DNA from: an uncultured Candidatus Saccharibacteria bacterium
GTDB taxonomy: Bacteria; Patescibacteriota; Minisyncoccia; Sungbacterales; JACQCQ01
NCBI GenBank assembly: GCA_964494945.1
Contig: CAZBTX010000001.1
Span: forward strand, 3,088-67,087
Length of the DNA stretch: 64,000 nt
Direction of reading: 5' to 3'
This document shows positions 33,632-43,500 of the stretch, in pieces. Under the pieces are notes generated by a model that was not told the DNA's origin, did no database searches, and worked only from the letters and a program-made list of their open reading frames with translations. A program made the translations under genes and the position numbers. Every line of letters starts with the position of its first letter. Positions within the stretch are counted from its first letter, which is position 1.

Positions 33632-35113
33632 ATGAACGTTCGTGTTCGCATTGCGCCTTCTCCCACCGGACATCTGCATGTCGGCACCGCGCGTTCGGCG
33701 CTTTTTAATTATTTGTTCGCCAAAAAAGCAGGCGGCGAATTTATTTTGCGCATTGAAGACACCGACCGCGAGCGGTCAAAAAAAGAATACGAAGAGGGGA
33801 TTATTGAATCACTAAAGTGGCTTGGCCTTGATTGGGATGAGGGGCCGATCAGACAAAGTGAACGAGTTGATATTTATAAGAAATATATTTCTCAATTGCT
33901 AAAAAATGGTAAGGCATTTGCCTGTTTTTGCGAAAAAAATATTATCGAAAAAGAATTAAAGGACGACCAGCATTATATGCATTATTGTCCATCGAGGAAT
34001 GATGCTTTTAATTCAAATGAAATAAGGCCATTCGTTATTGCCTATAAGAACGACGACTTTGGAGAGCAGCAAAAACAACTTAAACACGAATTACAAAATA
34101 CAAAAAAGATTGGTGGTTTTAGGACTGTGAGTTTACCAACTGAAACAAAAACGTGGATAGAATTTAGCGATGAAATTAGGGGGGAGTTCAGTTTTCCTAA
34201 AGAAATATTTGGTGATTTTATCATCGCAAAAAGTCTCGAGGAGCCACTCTATAACTTTGCGGCAGTTGTTGATGATTATGAGATGAAAATATCGGATGTG
34301 ATCAGAGGAGAGGACCACCTCCCTAATACACCTAAACAGATTCTTCTTTATGGGGCACTTGGTTGGCAACCACCAAAGTTTGCCCATCTTCCGCTTCTTT
34401 TGGGAACTGATCGTTCAAAGCTTTCTAAACGTCACGGAGCGACTTCGGTGATTGAGTTTCGGAAAGAAGGATATTTACCCGAAGCTTTAATCAATTTCCT
34501 GGCGTTACTCGGCTGGAACCCCGGGGGCGAGCAAGAAATCTTCTCACTTAATGAGTTAATTGAAAAATTCTCGCTTGATAAAGTAAATAAGTCGGGTGCT
34601 ATTTTTGACATAGCGAAGCTTGATTGGATGAACGGCGAATATATCCACAAGATGGCTGTCTCTAAACTTGCGGATTTGCTTTCGCCGTTCATGGATAATG
34701 CCGGACTGGATGCCGCTAAGATGCCGAAAGAAAAATTAGAAAAAATAGTGGCTTTGGAGCAGCCCCGCCTTAAGCGCCTTGCCGAGATAGGGGAGAAGGT
34801 AAAATATTTTTTCCGCCAGCCGGAATATGATAAAGAGTTGCTGCGGTGGAAGAATATGAGCGATGAGGAAGTTGCTGACTGTCTTAAAACGGCGGAAAAA
34901 ATAATTTCCAATTTCCAATTTCCAATTTCCAAAGCGGTGATTGAAAAGGCCTTTTTACATGAGATAGGGGAGGGGGACAAAGGGAGAGTTCTTTGGCCGC
35001 TGCGGGTGGCGTTAACCGGTCTTCGATCTTCACCCGGCCCTTTTGATATCATTGAGATCCTGGGACGGGACGAGTCAATTTCGCGCCTAAGGCGCGCCAT
35101 AAATTTGCTCTGA
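33632..35113 (+). CDS. gltX: Glutamate--tRNA ligase
   Basis: RIAPSPTGHLHVG, IRGEDH, KLSKRHG. Confidence 0.97.
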   Translation: MNVRVRIAPSPTGHLHVGTARSALFNYLFAKKAGGEFILRIEDTDRERSKKEYEEGIIESLKWLGLDWDEGPIRQSERVDIYKKYISQLLKNGKAFACFCEKNIIEKELKDDQHYMHYCPSRNDAFNSNEIRPFVIAYKNDDFGEQQKQLKHELQNTKKIGGFRTVSLPTETKTWIEFSDEIRGEFSFPKEIFGDFIIAKSLEEPLYNFAAVVDDYEMKISDVIRGEDHLPNTPKQILLYGALGWQPPKFAHLPLLLGTDRSKLSKRHGATSVIEFRKEGYLPEALINFLALLGWNPGGEQEIFSLNELIEKFSLDKVNKSGAIFDIAKLDWMNGEYIHKMAVSKLADLLSPFMDNAGLDAAKMPKEKLEKIVALEQPRLKRLAEIGEKVKYFFRQPEYDKELLRWKNMSDEEVADCLKTAEKIISNFQFPISKAVIEKAFLHEIGEGDKGRVLWPLRVALTGLRSSPGPFDIIEILGRDESISRLRRAINLL

Positions 35114-35129
35114 ATGTTATACTGGCTAT

Positions 35130-36458
35130 ATGCGTGCGTATGCTCTTTCTCGGGGGAGTTTATTTTTGTGCTTGGCGGCCGTAAGCGTTTTTTTAGCTTG
35201 TCCCGTCCAAATTGGGGCGGCCGAACCCGCGCCCGGTGAATTGCAAAGTCAAATTGAAGCCAAAACAAAGGAAATCAAGGCCCTGGAAGCCGAAGCGGAA
35301 AAATACCGGCAAACTATAGCTACTACAGAGGCCCAAGCCAATACGCTGAAAAATCAGATCGCCAGGATAAACTCCGCCATCGCCAAGCTTCAAAATGACA
35401 TTAAACTTACCGAGCGGCAGATTCAAAGAACCAATCTTGAGATAAAGAGTTTAAAGTTCCAAATCACAGATACAGCATCTGACATCAGTGAGCACCAGGA
35501 ACGCCTTAAGGAGTTGGTGCGGCTTTTGGATATTTACGACCATGAGCATCCGTTGGAGATCCTTTTAAAGAACAGGCAATTATCGGAATTTTTTAATAGA
35601 ATACAGTCAACCATAAATCTGCAGGACGAGGTCAGGACGGTTATAGATGAACTGCGAACTCTAAAAGGCGACCTTTCACATAAGAAATCGGCTTCGGAGG
35701 TCAAGGTCATTGAATTAAAACGCGAAGGTGAGCGCTTGAACGACGCTAAGGCCCTGCAGGTGAATGCACAGAGTGAAAGAGCGAAGATCTTAGCCGAGAC
35801 GCAAAATCAAGAAAAAAAATATCAAGAGCTTTTGGCCGAAAATGAACGGAGGCGCGGGGAACTGGAAGCGGAAGTATTCGCTTTTGAGAATAAATTGCGC
35901 ATAACGCTTGACCCCAATGCGTTGCCCAAACGCGCCTCGGGCGTTTTGGATTGGCCTCTGCCCAAATTGGCCCAATCATTGTTCCAGTGCGGCCATACGG
36001 TTTTGGCATTTTTAACGCAGTGTTTTGGAGATACTTCATTCGCAAGATCCGGCGGCTATAATGGTAAGGGACATAATGGGGTGGATTTTCGAGCTAACGC
36101 GACCACCGAAATATATTCGGCCGAGAAAGGAGTGGTGCGCGGGGTTGGGGACACGGATACGGCTTGCCGGGGCGCCTCATACGGCCGATGGGTGTTAATC
36201 GACCACGAAAACGGCTTGGCCACGCTTTACGCGCACCTTTCTTTGGCCAGGGTCTCCCCGGGCCGAACTGTGGAGCGCGGCGAGGTAATTGGATACGCCG
36301 GTAAAACCGGCTACGCCACCGGGCCGCATCTGCATTTCTCGGTATTTGCCAGGTCAGCGGTCAATATTGGCGTTTTGCCGAGCCGCGTATGCAAAAGGAA
36401 CATGACATTACCGCTTTCACCCTTTAACGGTTACTTGAATCCGCTGGATTACTTATAG
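35130..36458 (+). CDS. Coiled-coil plus M23 peptidase (EnvC/MepM-like)
   Basis: Signal peptide, long coiled coil, HNGVDF, YAHLS, TGPHLHF. Confidence 0.9.
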   Translation: MRAYALSRGSLFLCLAAVSVFLACPVQIGAAEPAPGELQSQIEAKTKEIKALEAEAEKYRQTIATTEAQANTLKNQIARINSAIAKLQNDIKLTERQIQRTNLEIKSLKFQITDTASDISEHQERLKELVRLLDIYDHEHPLEILLKNRQLSEFFNRIQSTINLQDEVRTVIDELRTLKGDLSHKKSASEVKVIELKREGERLNDAKALQVNAQSERAKILAETQNQEKKYQELLAENERRRGELEAEVFAFENKLRITLDPNALPKRASGVLDWPLPKLAQSLFQCGHTVLAFLTQCFGDTSFARSGGYNGKGHNGVDFRANATTEIYSAEKGVVRGVGDTDTACRGASYGRWVLIDHENGLATLYAHLSLARVSPGRTVERGEVIGYAGKTGYATGPHLHFSVFARSAVNIGVLPSRVCKRNMTLPLSPFNGYLNPLDYL

Positions 36459-36496
36459 GCCTCGCTTAGATCTTTGTGGTTGTTTATAATAAATAT

Positions 36497-36964
36497 ATGC
36501 CATCAGATTTACCCCCACACCGGGAAGCCACAGCTAGAAGGCTACGGAGTAATAATCGTCCGCTCCCAGAGGGAAATTACTTAGACGCCACACTCGTAAA
36601 GGCGTGGTATGGGGGTTTACGATATCGCACCTGGGTCGCGGCATCCTTGCTTTTGCCGTCTTTGGCGCTGGCAGGCACTATACAGATGACCCCCTTAAGG
36701 ATCTTAACGCCGGATGAATTTCTGCGAACGCTTGGTTTTCAAATTTCAGCCGGTGAAGTGAGTGGCCGCGCCCAGAATATCCTTCAAGACATAGAGGCAA
36801 GATTCAGGCAAAGCAGGGGAATGGAGTTGGTGCAATATGTGGAAAAAGATACGGGCATTAATCTAATAGCGCTCGTAAGAAATATTTTGACCATTTCAGC
36901 GTACCTTTTCGTACAAATATTCGCGATTATTTCCGATATTGCTTCTAAACTAGCCGCGCCTTAG
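36497..36964 (+). CDS. Hypothetical membrane protein with an in-frame CCCCACAC element at 36511-36616
   Basis: Two hydrophobic segments; ACCCCCACACC...GGTATGGGGGT. Confidence 0.55.
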   Translation: MPSDLPPHREATARRLRSNNRPLPEGNYLDATLVKAWYGGLRYRTWVAASLLLPSLALAGTIQMTPLRILTPDEFLRTLGFQISAGEVSGRAQNILQDIEARFRQSRGMELVQYVEKDTGINLIALVRNILTISAYLFVQIFAIISDIASKLAAP

Positions 36965-37263
36965 AAAATAAGTCCGGGGGAGTATAAGTTGTACCTATAA
37001 GCTATAAGGTCGTTTAATCTGCATTGTACGACGTAGTTCATAGGCCGCAGGGCGTTCTCCCCCACAGATATTACACGGCCAATTTCCCGGCAGCATTTTT
37101 TATTATTTATTATTTTAATGTCTCCCAGTGAGTGATGTTCACTATCTAAACCGAGCAATGTCCCCCCAATACATGCTTCGGGATACTTAGCCGGGAAAAG
37201 GGTGTCTAGTGGTCTCTCGCCAACCCCGCCTAATCTTTCCAGAATAAGATTCTCCGGGGTCAT
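36961..37263 (-). CDS. Hypothetical protein
   Basis: 100-aa ORF filling the intergenic gap; no motif recognised. Confidence 0.35.
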   Translation of the reverse strand: MTPENLILERLGGVGERPLDTLFPAKYPEACIGGTLLGLDSEHHSLGDIKIINNKKCCREIGRVISVGENALRPMNYVVQCRLNDLIAYRYNLYSPGLIF

Positions 37264-37420
37264 AGAATTTGACTACTGGATAGGGTCATAGAATAATGTT
37301 AACAAATAACAAGCGACCGCAACAGAGTTGTTAACATTAGCTCGGGGATTAGAAAATAAATAAGGGGCGGCGCGCTGCGCCGCCCCTCGCTGGATCTTGA
37401 AACTCTCCCCCACCTCTCCC

Positions 37421-37666
37421 TTAGACGACCTTCTCCACTTGGTCGGGGGGCAGCCAGATGTGCTTATCGGCGCCGTCAATGCCCAGAATCTTGCCGTCTT
37501 CGGTAGAAAGTGGGTTCCTGAGCTCCGTTATGGTCACCACAACAACATCCTCACCGCGGCTCACCCTCACCTTATCACCGATGTAGAACCTTCTTCCCAC
37601 CCCGTCGACTATACCTACGATACGGCCCTCCTCTTCGCATGGCGGTTGCCGGTTGGCTACAGTCAT
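37421..37666 (-). CDS. Small KOW/SH3-like hypothetical protein
   Basis: FYIGDKVRV; AGAAAGGAG SD; terminator GGGGCGGCGC...GCGCCGCCCC at about 37363-37386. Confidence 0.55.
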   Translation of the reverse strand: MTVANRQPPCEEEGRIVGIVDGVGRRFYIGDKVRVSRGEDVVVVTITELRNPLSTEDGKILGIDGADKHIWLPPDQVEKVV

Positions 37667-37753
37667 CTGTGCAGGATCTCCTTTCTTTTATCTGCGGCCC
37701 ACATCATAATATACCGAGAAAAGCCATTTGCAAGTTTGCAAAGCCATTAATTT

Positions 37754-38926
37754 ATGCGCACTTCTTATTCAGCGCTGGCCACCTTCAAGCAGTGCCCCAA
37801 GCGCTTCCAATTCAAGATTTTGGACAAAGTCAAAGAGCCCAAGACCAAAGAGCAGGTCTTCGGGACGCTTATTCACGATTGCCTCCACTTTATGTTTCAG
37901 CATGATCCCCTGTTTCCTACTCTGGATCAAGTGCTGGAGCATTATTATGAGAATTTTCCATCCGACGGTTGGCAAGAATCGGAAGCCGAGATTTATAAGA
38001 AACAAGGTGAAACTATGCTTAAGAAATTCTACGCGCATAATCAGCCGTGGAACTTCGTGGTACTTGACTTGGAATCGCGTTTTGAAGTGACGCTGGAGGA
38101 CGCCCAAGGCGGTACCACACATATTTTAGCCGGTATTATGGATAGGATTGATAAACTGCCCGACGGCCGAATTGAGATCATTGATTACAAAACGCAAAAA
38201 CGCATTCCCCCGCAAGACACGGTGGATAAAGATCTCCAACTTTCCATTTACGCTATGGGGCTTAAAAAACGCTGGCCCCATATTGAAGCTGGCAATATAA
38301 AGTTGTCCCTGCAATTTTTGAAGCATGACGAAAAGTTAACCACCACGCGATCCGAGGACGATTTTAAGAGAACCGAAGCTGAAGTGTTGAGGATGATTAA
38401 GGACATTGAATCTCGCGTTGCCGCGGGGCGCGGTTTTGAGCCACGCGTTTCCCCTCTTTGCGACTTTTGCGGGTATAAGCCGCTCTGCCCCGCCTGGAAG
38501 CATTTATATAAGAATGTAAAAAATGAAACAATTGACGGCGCTAAAATCTCCGGGGTCATCAAGGAATATTTTTCTTTGCGTGAAGAAAAACAAAAAGCCG
38601 AAGTCCGCCTAAAAGAGCTGGGGGTTCTGCTCACCCGCTATTTGGCCCAGGAAGAGATTGACAGGGTTTTTGATGAGGTCGGCGTGATCTCTAAGCGCCT
38701 TTTGGAAAAATACTCTTATGACTTTGAAAAGATACGTTCTATCCTGGAGCCGCTGGGCAAATGGCAGGACATTCTGAAAGCTGACGAGGCCAGATTGAAA
38801 AATATTATGAAGGAAATTCCCGAGTGGGCCCGAGAAGAGATAAAAAAGTCCCGTTCATTGGTTCATTCATCAATTACGCTTGCGGCTACCAAAAAGAAGA
38901 TTAAGTTGCCCGAGGCCAGTGGTTAG
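37754..38926 (+). CDS. PD-(D/E)XK RecB-like nuclease with Fe-S-type cysteines
   Basis: SYSAL..FKQCPKRF, GIMDRID...IIDYKT, QLSIY, CDFCGYKPLC. Confidence 0.88.
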   Translation: MRTSYSALATFKQCPKRFQFKILDKVKEPKTKEQVFGTLIHDCLHFMFQHDPLFPTLDQVLEHYYENFPSDGWQESEAEIYKKQGETMLKKFYAHNQPWNFVVLDLESRFEVTLEDAQGGTTHILAGIMDRIDKLPDGRIEIIDYKTQKRIPPQDTVDKDLQLSIYAMGLKKRWPHIEAGNIKLSLQFLKHDEKLTTTRSEDDFKRTEAEVLRMIKDIESRVAAGRGFEPRVSPLCDFCGYKPLCPAWKHLYKNVKNETIDGAKISGVIKEYFSLREEKQKAEVRLKELGVLLTRYLAQEEIDRVFDEVGVISKRLLEKYSYDFEKIRSILEPLGKWQDILKADEARLKNIMKEIPEWAREEIKKSRSLVHSSITLAATKKKIKLPEASG

Positions 38927-39330
38927 TTTCCGGATAACCCGGAGCAGTTGGCGGCGGGCCTGTATCCAGCTGCCCTGGCTTCAGCTTCGGTGGTAAAACC
39001 TATCTTATTTTCCAGTTTGATGCGGTTGGCTCCGGCGCAACTTTCCAGGTAATAGGCCGAGCCGTTTTTGCTGGCCACATATGCCCCCACTGGCGTCACC
39101 GCTTGTGATACCGCGGCGTCATTTTTAGTGTCCCCCGTCACTTGGGCACCGGCATCTATTGCATCAGACGGCATTTCAATCTTGATTGGCGCGTGCGGCG
39201 CCCAAACAACCGACAGTCGCCCTAATCCAAAACTTGCCAAACTTATCAAAACAACCGCAAGTCCCAGAATTAAGTCAGTTTTATAGACACTCCCCCACTT
39301 CTTGACCCTCTCGATAAATTCTGCTATCAT
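38923..39330 (-). CDS. Membrane-anchored protein with an Ada-type metal-binding domain
   Basis: TM; YVASKNGSAYY..SC...I...N...F....EARAAGYRPAANC. Confidence 0.8.
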   Translation of the reverse strand: MIAEFIERVKKWGSVYKTDLILGLAVVLISLASFGLGRLSVVWAPHAPIKIEMPSDAIDAGAQVTGDTKNDAAVSQAVTPVGAYVASKNGSAYYLESCAGANRIKLENKIGFTTEAEARAAGYRPAANCSGLSGN

Positions 39331-39431
39331 CTTAGGGTTATTATACCTGAAATTATCAACGAATATCGAATCCAAAACGAATAAACGAATTCGTATATTC
39401 GCAAAAATTCGTTATTCGTTGATGCATCGTT

Positions 39432-39716
39432 ATGGCCACAGCCAAATCCGCCGGAGCAGCCAAATACGGACGCGACTCAAATCCCAAATACCTGGGGGTT
39501 AAACTGCATGACGGCGAATTTGCCAAGCCCGGTAGTATCATTATTCGCCAAAGAGGCCGGCATTATTTCGCGGGTGCCAACGTCCGTGCTGGAGGAGATG
39601 ATACGCTTTATGCCACGACTTCGGGGAAAGTAAAATTCATCACTCGGCACAAAAAGCGCTTTGACGGAAACAGAAAAATAGCTAAAATTGTAAGAGTCAT
39701 ACCTTTGAAATCCTAG
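39432..39716 (+). CDS. rpmA: 50S ribosomal protein L27
   Basis: GRDSNPKYLGVK, GSIIIRQRG, DDTLYA. Confidence 0.97.
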   Translation: MATAKSAGAAKYGRDSNPKYLGVKLHDGEFAKPGSIIIRQRGRHYFAGANVRAGGDDTLYATTSGKVKFITRHKKRFDGNRKIAKIVRVIPLKS

Positions 39717-39791
39717 GCACTAAATTCTAAATCGTGTAAAGATCGTATTAAGTTCTAATCCCTAAAATAGAAAAAAATAGAAAATAAAGTG

Positions 39792-40494
39792 TCACTTTAA
39801 TACTGTACAGTATTAAAGTGAGCGCCTACGGGGCATATACGCAATCTTGGGAAGTCTGCGGATAGCTTCCTCTAGTTTTTCTAAAGGTTTCGCGAAATTT
39901 CTTAAGATGGTATCAATTTTTTCTTTGCGCTCCAGTTGTTTTATGGCAGCGCGGAATCCCCGTCCGCCTACTTTTAAACGCTCACTCACTGAACCGATCG
40001 TCGGGTCAGACACTTTTAACCTTTGCCGTATATCTAAGTAGGAAAGGCCCCGTTCAAGCATAACTGCAATTAAAAGTCGTTTTCCTAGCATGACTTTTTC
40101 AGTTGTTGAGAGAAGATCATGAAAGAACGACTGTAAATCTTCCCGATTTCGCAAGAGAAAAGATACATCAACCACGCGTTGACTTAGCTCATCAATTTGG
40201 CTATTTGAAAGTTTGTATTTAGATATATGAGGCATATGCTTTTACTTTAATACTGTACAGTATTAAAGTAAAGAAAAGGAAGGATTTCTAGTGACCATTC
40301 TAATAATCATGTTGACATATTGGGGTGCAAAACCTTGTATTTTTTGGACGAGTTTATGGCGGTAAATTTAGAAATTGTCCGCCGGAGACGGATCCGCCTT
40401 TGGCGGAAAAATTTTGATCAGCTGCTAGGCGTTGAACTGGCTGTGGTGACTAGAGAAGAGTTCTCACTTAAATACTGTACAGTATTTAAGTGAG
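39792..40494. repeat. Three 30-32 bp perfect palindromes (39792-39821, 40241-40272, 40463-40494)
   Basis: Shared core ACTTWAATACTGTACAGTATTWAAGT. Confidence 0.9.
39813..40235 (-). CDS. TrpR/YerC-YecD-like HTH protein
   Basis: FFHDLLSTTEKVMLGKRL...GLSYLDIRQRLKVSDPTI...GGRGFR. Confidence 0.82.
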   Translation of the reverse strand: MPHISKYKLSNSQIDELSQRVVDVSFLLRNREDLQSFFHDLLSTTEKVMLGKRLLIAVMLERGLSYLDIRQRLKVSDPTIGSVSERLKVGGRGFRAAIKQLERKEKIDTILRNFAKPLEKLEEAIRRLPKIAYMPRRRSL

Positions 40495-40549
40495 GGTAAC
40501 TAGGTAAACTGTTGAGCGTTGAGCGTTAAGTGGTGGAAGGTTTTAAAAG

Positions 40550-43500
40550 TTAACTGCTTGGCGTGGAACTGGCGGTGGCAGTGGTGGATGAGGCGGTGTC
40601 GGTGGTTGAGGCAGCGTCAGCTCCGACGCTAGCGTTCGGAGCCCCGACCCCTTCGGGCGTCAGGGTTGTTGTCGGCGTTGTGATTGTGGTGTCGGTTGAG
40701 TCGGCAGTCGGCGTGGTGCTGGCCGTGTCTGTCGGCGTGAATGAAGCTATGGGGCTTACGTCCGAGATCGGCGGCAAGCCGTCGCAATTTCCCGAAATGG
40801 TGCTGACGGCGCCACGCTCTATGAATACGCAATATGCCGCTTTGGTGGCGCGATCAAAAAGCGTAATGCCGGTCGGGGCTTCAGTAGAGCCGACGGTTAA
40901 GTGGTCGGTTTCGATATACTTCATCGTCATGCGCCCCGTCTCGTCAATTTTCCAAAGGCCGTTTTGCGAGACGATTTGTCCGACTCCCAAGAGGGCATTG
41001 CCGTTTAAGTTCACATCCCCGTAGAAGTTGACATTCACCTTGCCCGTAGTCTGATCCACCGACCAGCCATTAGTCGCTATTCCCTGTTCGCTATTCGCTG
41101 CTAGCTGGGTCGTTCCTTCATCAAGCTTTGAGTAGCCGAGGTTGATGAAAACCAGGATTTTGCCGGTTTTCACCGTCTGGCCGTCGGGAAGTCCGACTTC
41201 GGCGGTGTTTGAAGTCGGACTTCCAACAGTTGAGTCGTCAAAGTTTTCTAGAGCTATACCCACTGTCACGCCGGATACGGTAGCTTTCATGCCTACTCCT
41301 GCAAGCGAGGAGGAAGTTATCCTGTCGCCTATCTTGATGGGGCCGGATTCGGTGGAAACCTTAACGGGAACGCGGCCGTTCAAAGCAACGGGAAGTTTGT
41401 TTATGGTTTCGGGAAGATTCTTTCCTGCCGAGGTAAAATCAGAGTAATTATTTGAGGTGATGCCAAGGAGGTTTGATTGATAAGCGGTAGTGGAACGCTT
41501 AAGTTCGGAAACATATCCCAAGTGAGGCAGGGTGGAACTTGCGCTTCCCTTCTCGTCGCTGGCATAGGTTTCAATCATTTTACTGCCATCTCCCAAAGCC
41601 ACGATCTCGCCGTATTCAATTCCTTGTTCAACCGGATAAAGCTCGGCATAGTCGGCTCCACCGGAAGTGCAGTCGCCGATGCCGCGCAACGCGTCTGCGG
41701 AAAGTTCAGCGCCGCTATAACACATAGCAACGTTAGAAATTTCGTCATCTAGCATGGCCTGCACGGGGTTGCTAGCTGCATTGGCGTCTACTATAAGCCC
41801 ATTAGTCCAGGTGATGGCGTCACCCGCAGTTCCTGATGGCGCCGTGCGAAGAGTTATATCGGCGCCGCTATAATAGATTTGTTGCGCGGGATTTGTAATC
41901 TTATATCTCCAACTTCCGTCGTAGTATATATTTGCGCCAAGTCCCCCATCAACGCTACCAATATTCGTGAGCGAAAGCGTTCTTCCCGCCGAACTATTCC
42001 CAATAACGAGCGCTGGTATAGTCCATCCTGGATCTGAAGGTACGACACCGAGAAATATTTGCTGGTCGGCATTCGGGAGTTGCAAGGTGGGGCCGGCAGT
42101 GTTCACTGTGAGAATGCCATCAGTATCTATTGTCATCCGATAAGCCGCCGCAGTTATATCTCGAATCTGAAATAACCCTGTATCTTGTACACCTACAATC
42201 CAATCCCTACTTGCTTTATTGGAAAATCGTAAACCTACGCTGTTGGTTGCGTCCTGATTCCGTATATTTAATTGAGGCGTACTCGAGTCCAAACTCGACA
42301 TGCCAGAACCAGAAACAGCCAGCACTCCAAACGGACTCGTCGTCCCGATGCCGACGTTGCCGCTTCCATCAATCCTCATCTTTTCTGCCATAGTTGACGC
42401 TGAATTTTGAGTGAAAAACGTAAGTGATCCTGCCGTGCCTCCGACGGCCTCTCGCATCAATCCTATTAGAGCTGCTGGATTACCATTACCAGCGGCGCGA
42501 AACTTAATTTTAGAGCCAGCCCCGACTACGTTAGAGTCGGACAAAAGGTTCAATTCCGTATTATTGTCGTCATAGTATGAAGCCCCGGTCGCTATAGTCG
42601 AGCTTGAAATGTTGAATGTTGCACTCCCCGTATCGCCAGCCGCACTAGTTCCAACCAAAATCCTGCCGTCGCTTCTTATTCGCATACGCTCAGTCGAAAT
42701 ATTAGCGTTATCGGCACGTGTAAAAAACGCAAGGATTCCACCTCGTTTGGTTGCCGTTGTCCCGCTGAGATTAGAGCTGATTCGCGCCACCTCTTTGGAG
42801 AAAGTTCCTCCAGACTGGGCATCTGCGTGAAAAGAAATAACTCCAACATTATCCGCGTCAGCATCAGCGGTAAGGTTGCCGAGCCGCAGGATTCCGTAAT
42901 CGTTCGTAGCATCAAGCACACTAAAGAACGAATTTCCTGAACCATAAGGACTGGTGGTAATTAGCGATGCATCAGCAGCATCACCACTTCCAAAAATACC
43001 GTTACCCACAACCGATAACTTGGAGCCCGGACTCGTCGTCCCGATGCCGACGTTGCCGTTGGGAAAGTTAACGCTCGAAATCGTCGCCCCACTGCGCTTC
43101 ACATTCAGCCAAGAATTGGCCGTGGCAAGGGAATCATTTAATGCTCGAAAATCAAATTCGCCCGCCGTCAGCATCCCTGGCCCAAAATCCCAAATCTTGT
43201 TGTCAGCGGTGGCATTGGTGTTATTCATCACAATGCCGGTGGTCGCCCCCTGGATTTCCAACTTGCCATCATGCCCCGGCCCGATACGCGCCGTGCCTCC
43301 GATCTGCACATCCGCTGTACCAGAACCAGCCGCTTTCAAGATATGCAAGCCAGAGGCCGGATTCGTTGTCCCGATGCCGACGTTGCCGGATGTTTGCTGA
43401 ACCACGAATTGATTTGTCCCCACAGTAAAGCCGCCCGTAGCTATTGTAGAAGTAGCGGTAGTAGAAGTGGCAGAGAAGTTGTTGGAAACAATTTGGCCGG

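Noticed and set aside
42341-42356. TCCCGAT inside the giant-gene junction repeat as a link to the tRNA inserts
   Set aside because: Only a 7-bp match explained by Ile-Gly-Thr codons; the two-hairpin structure is absent.
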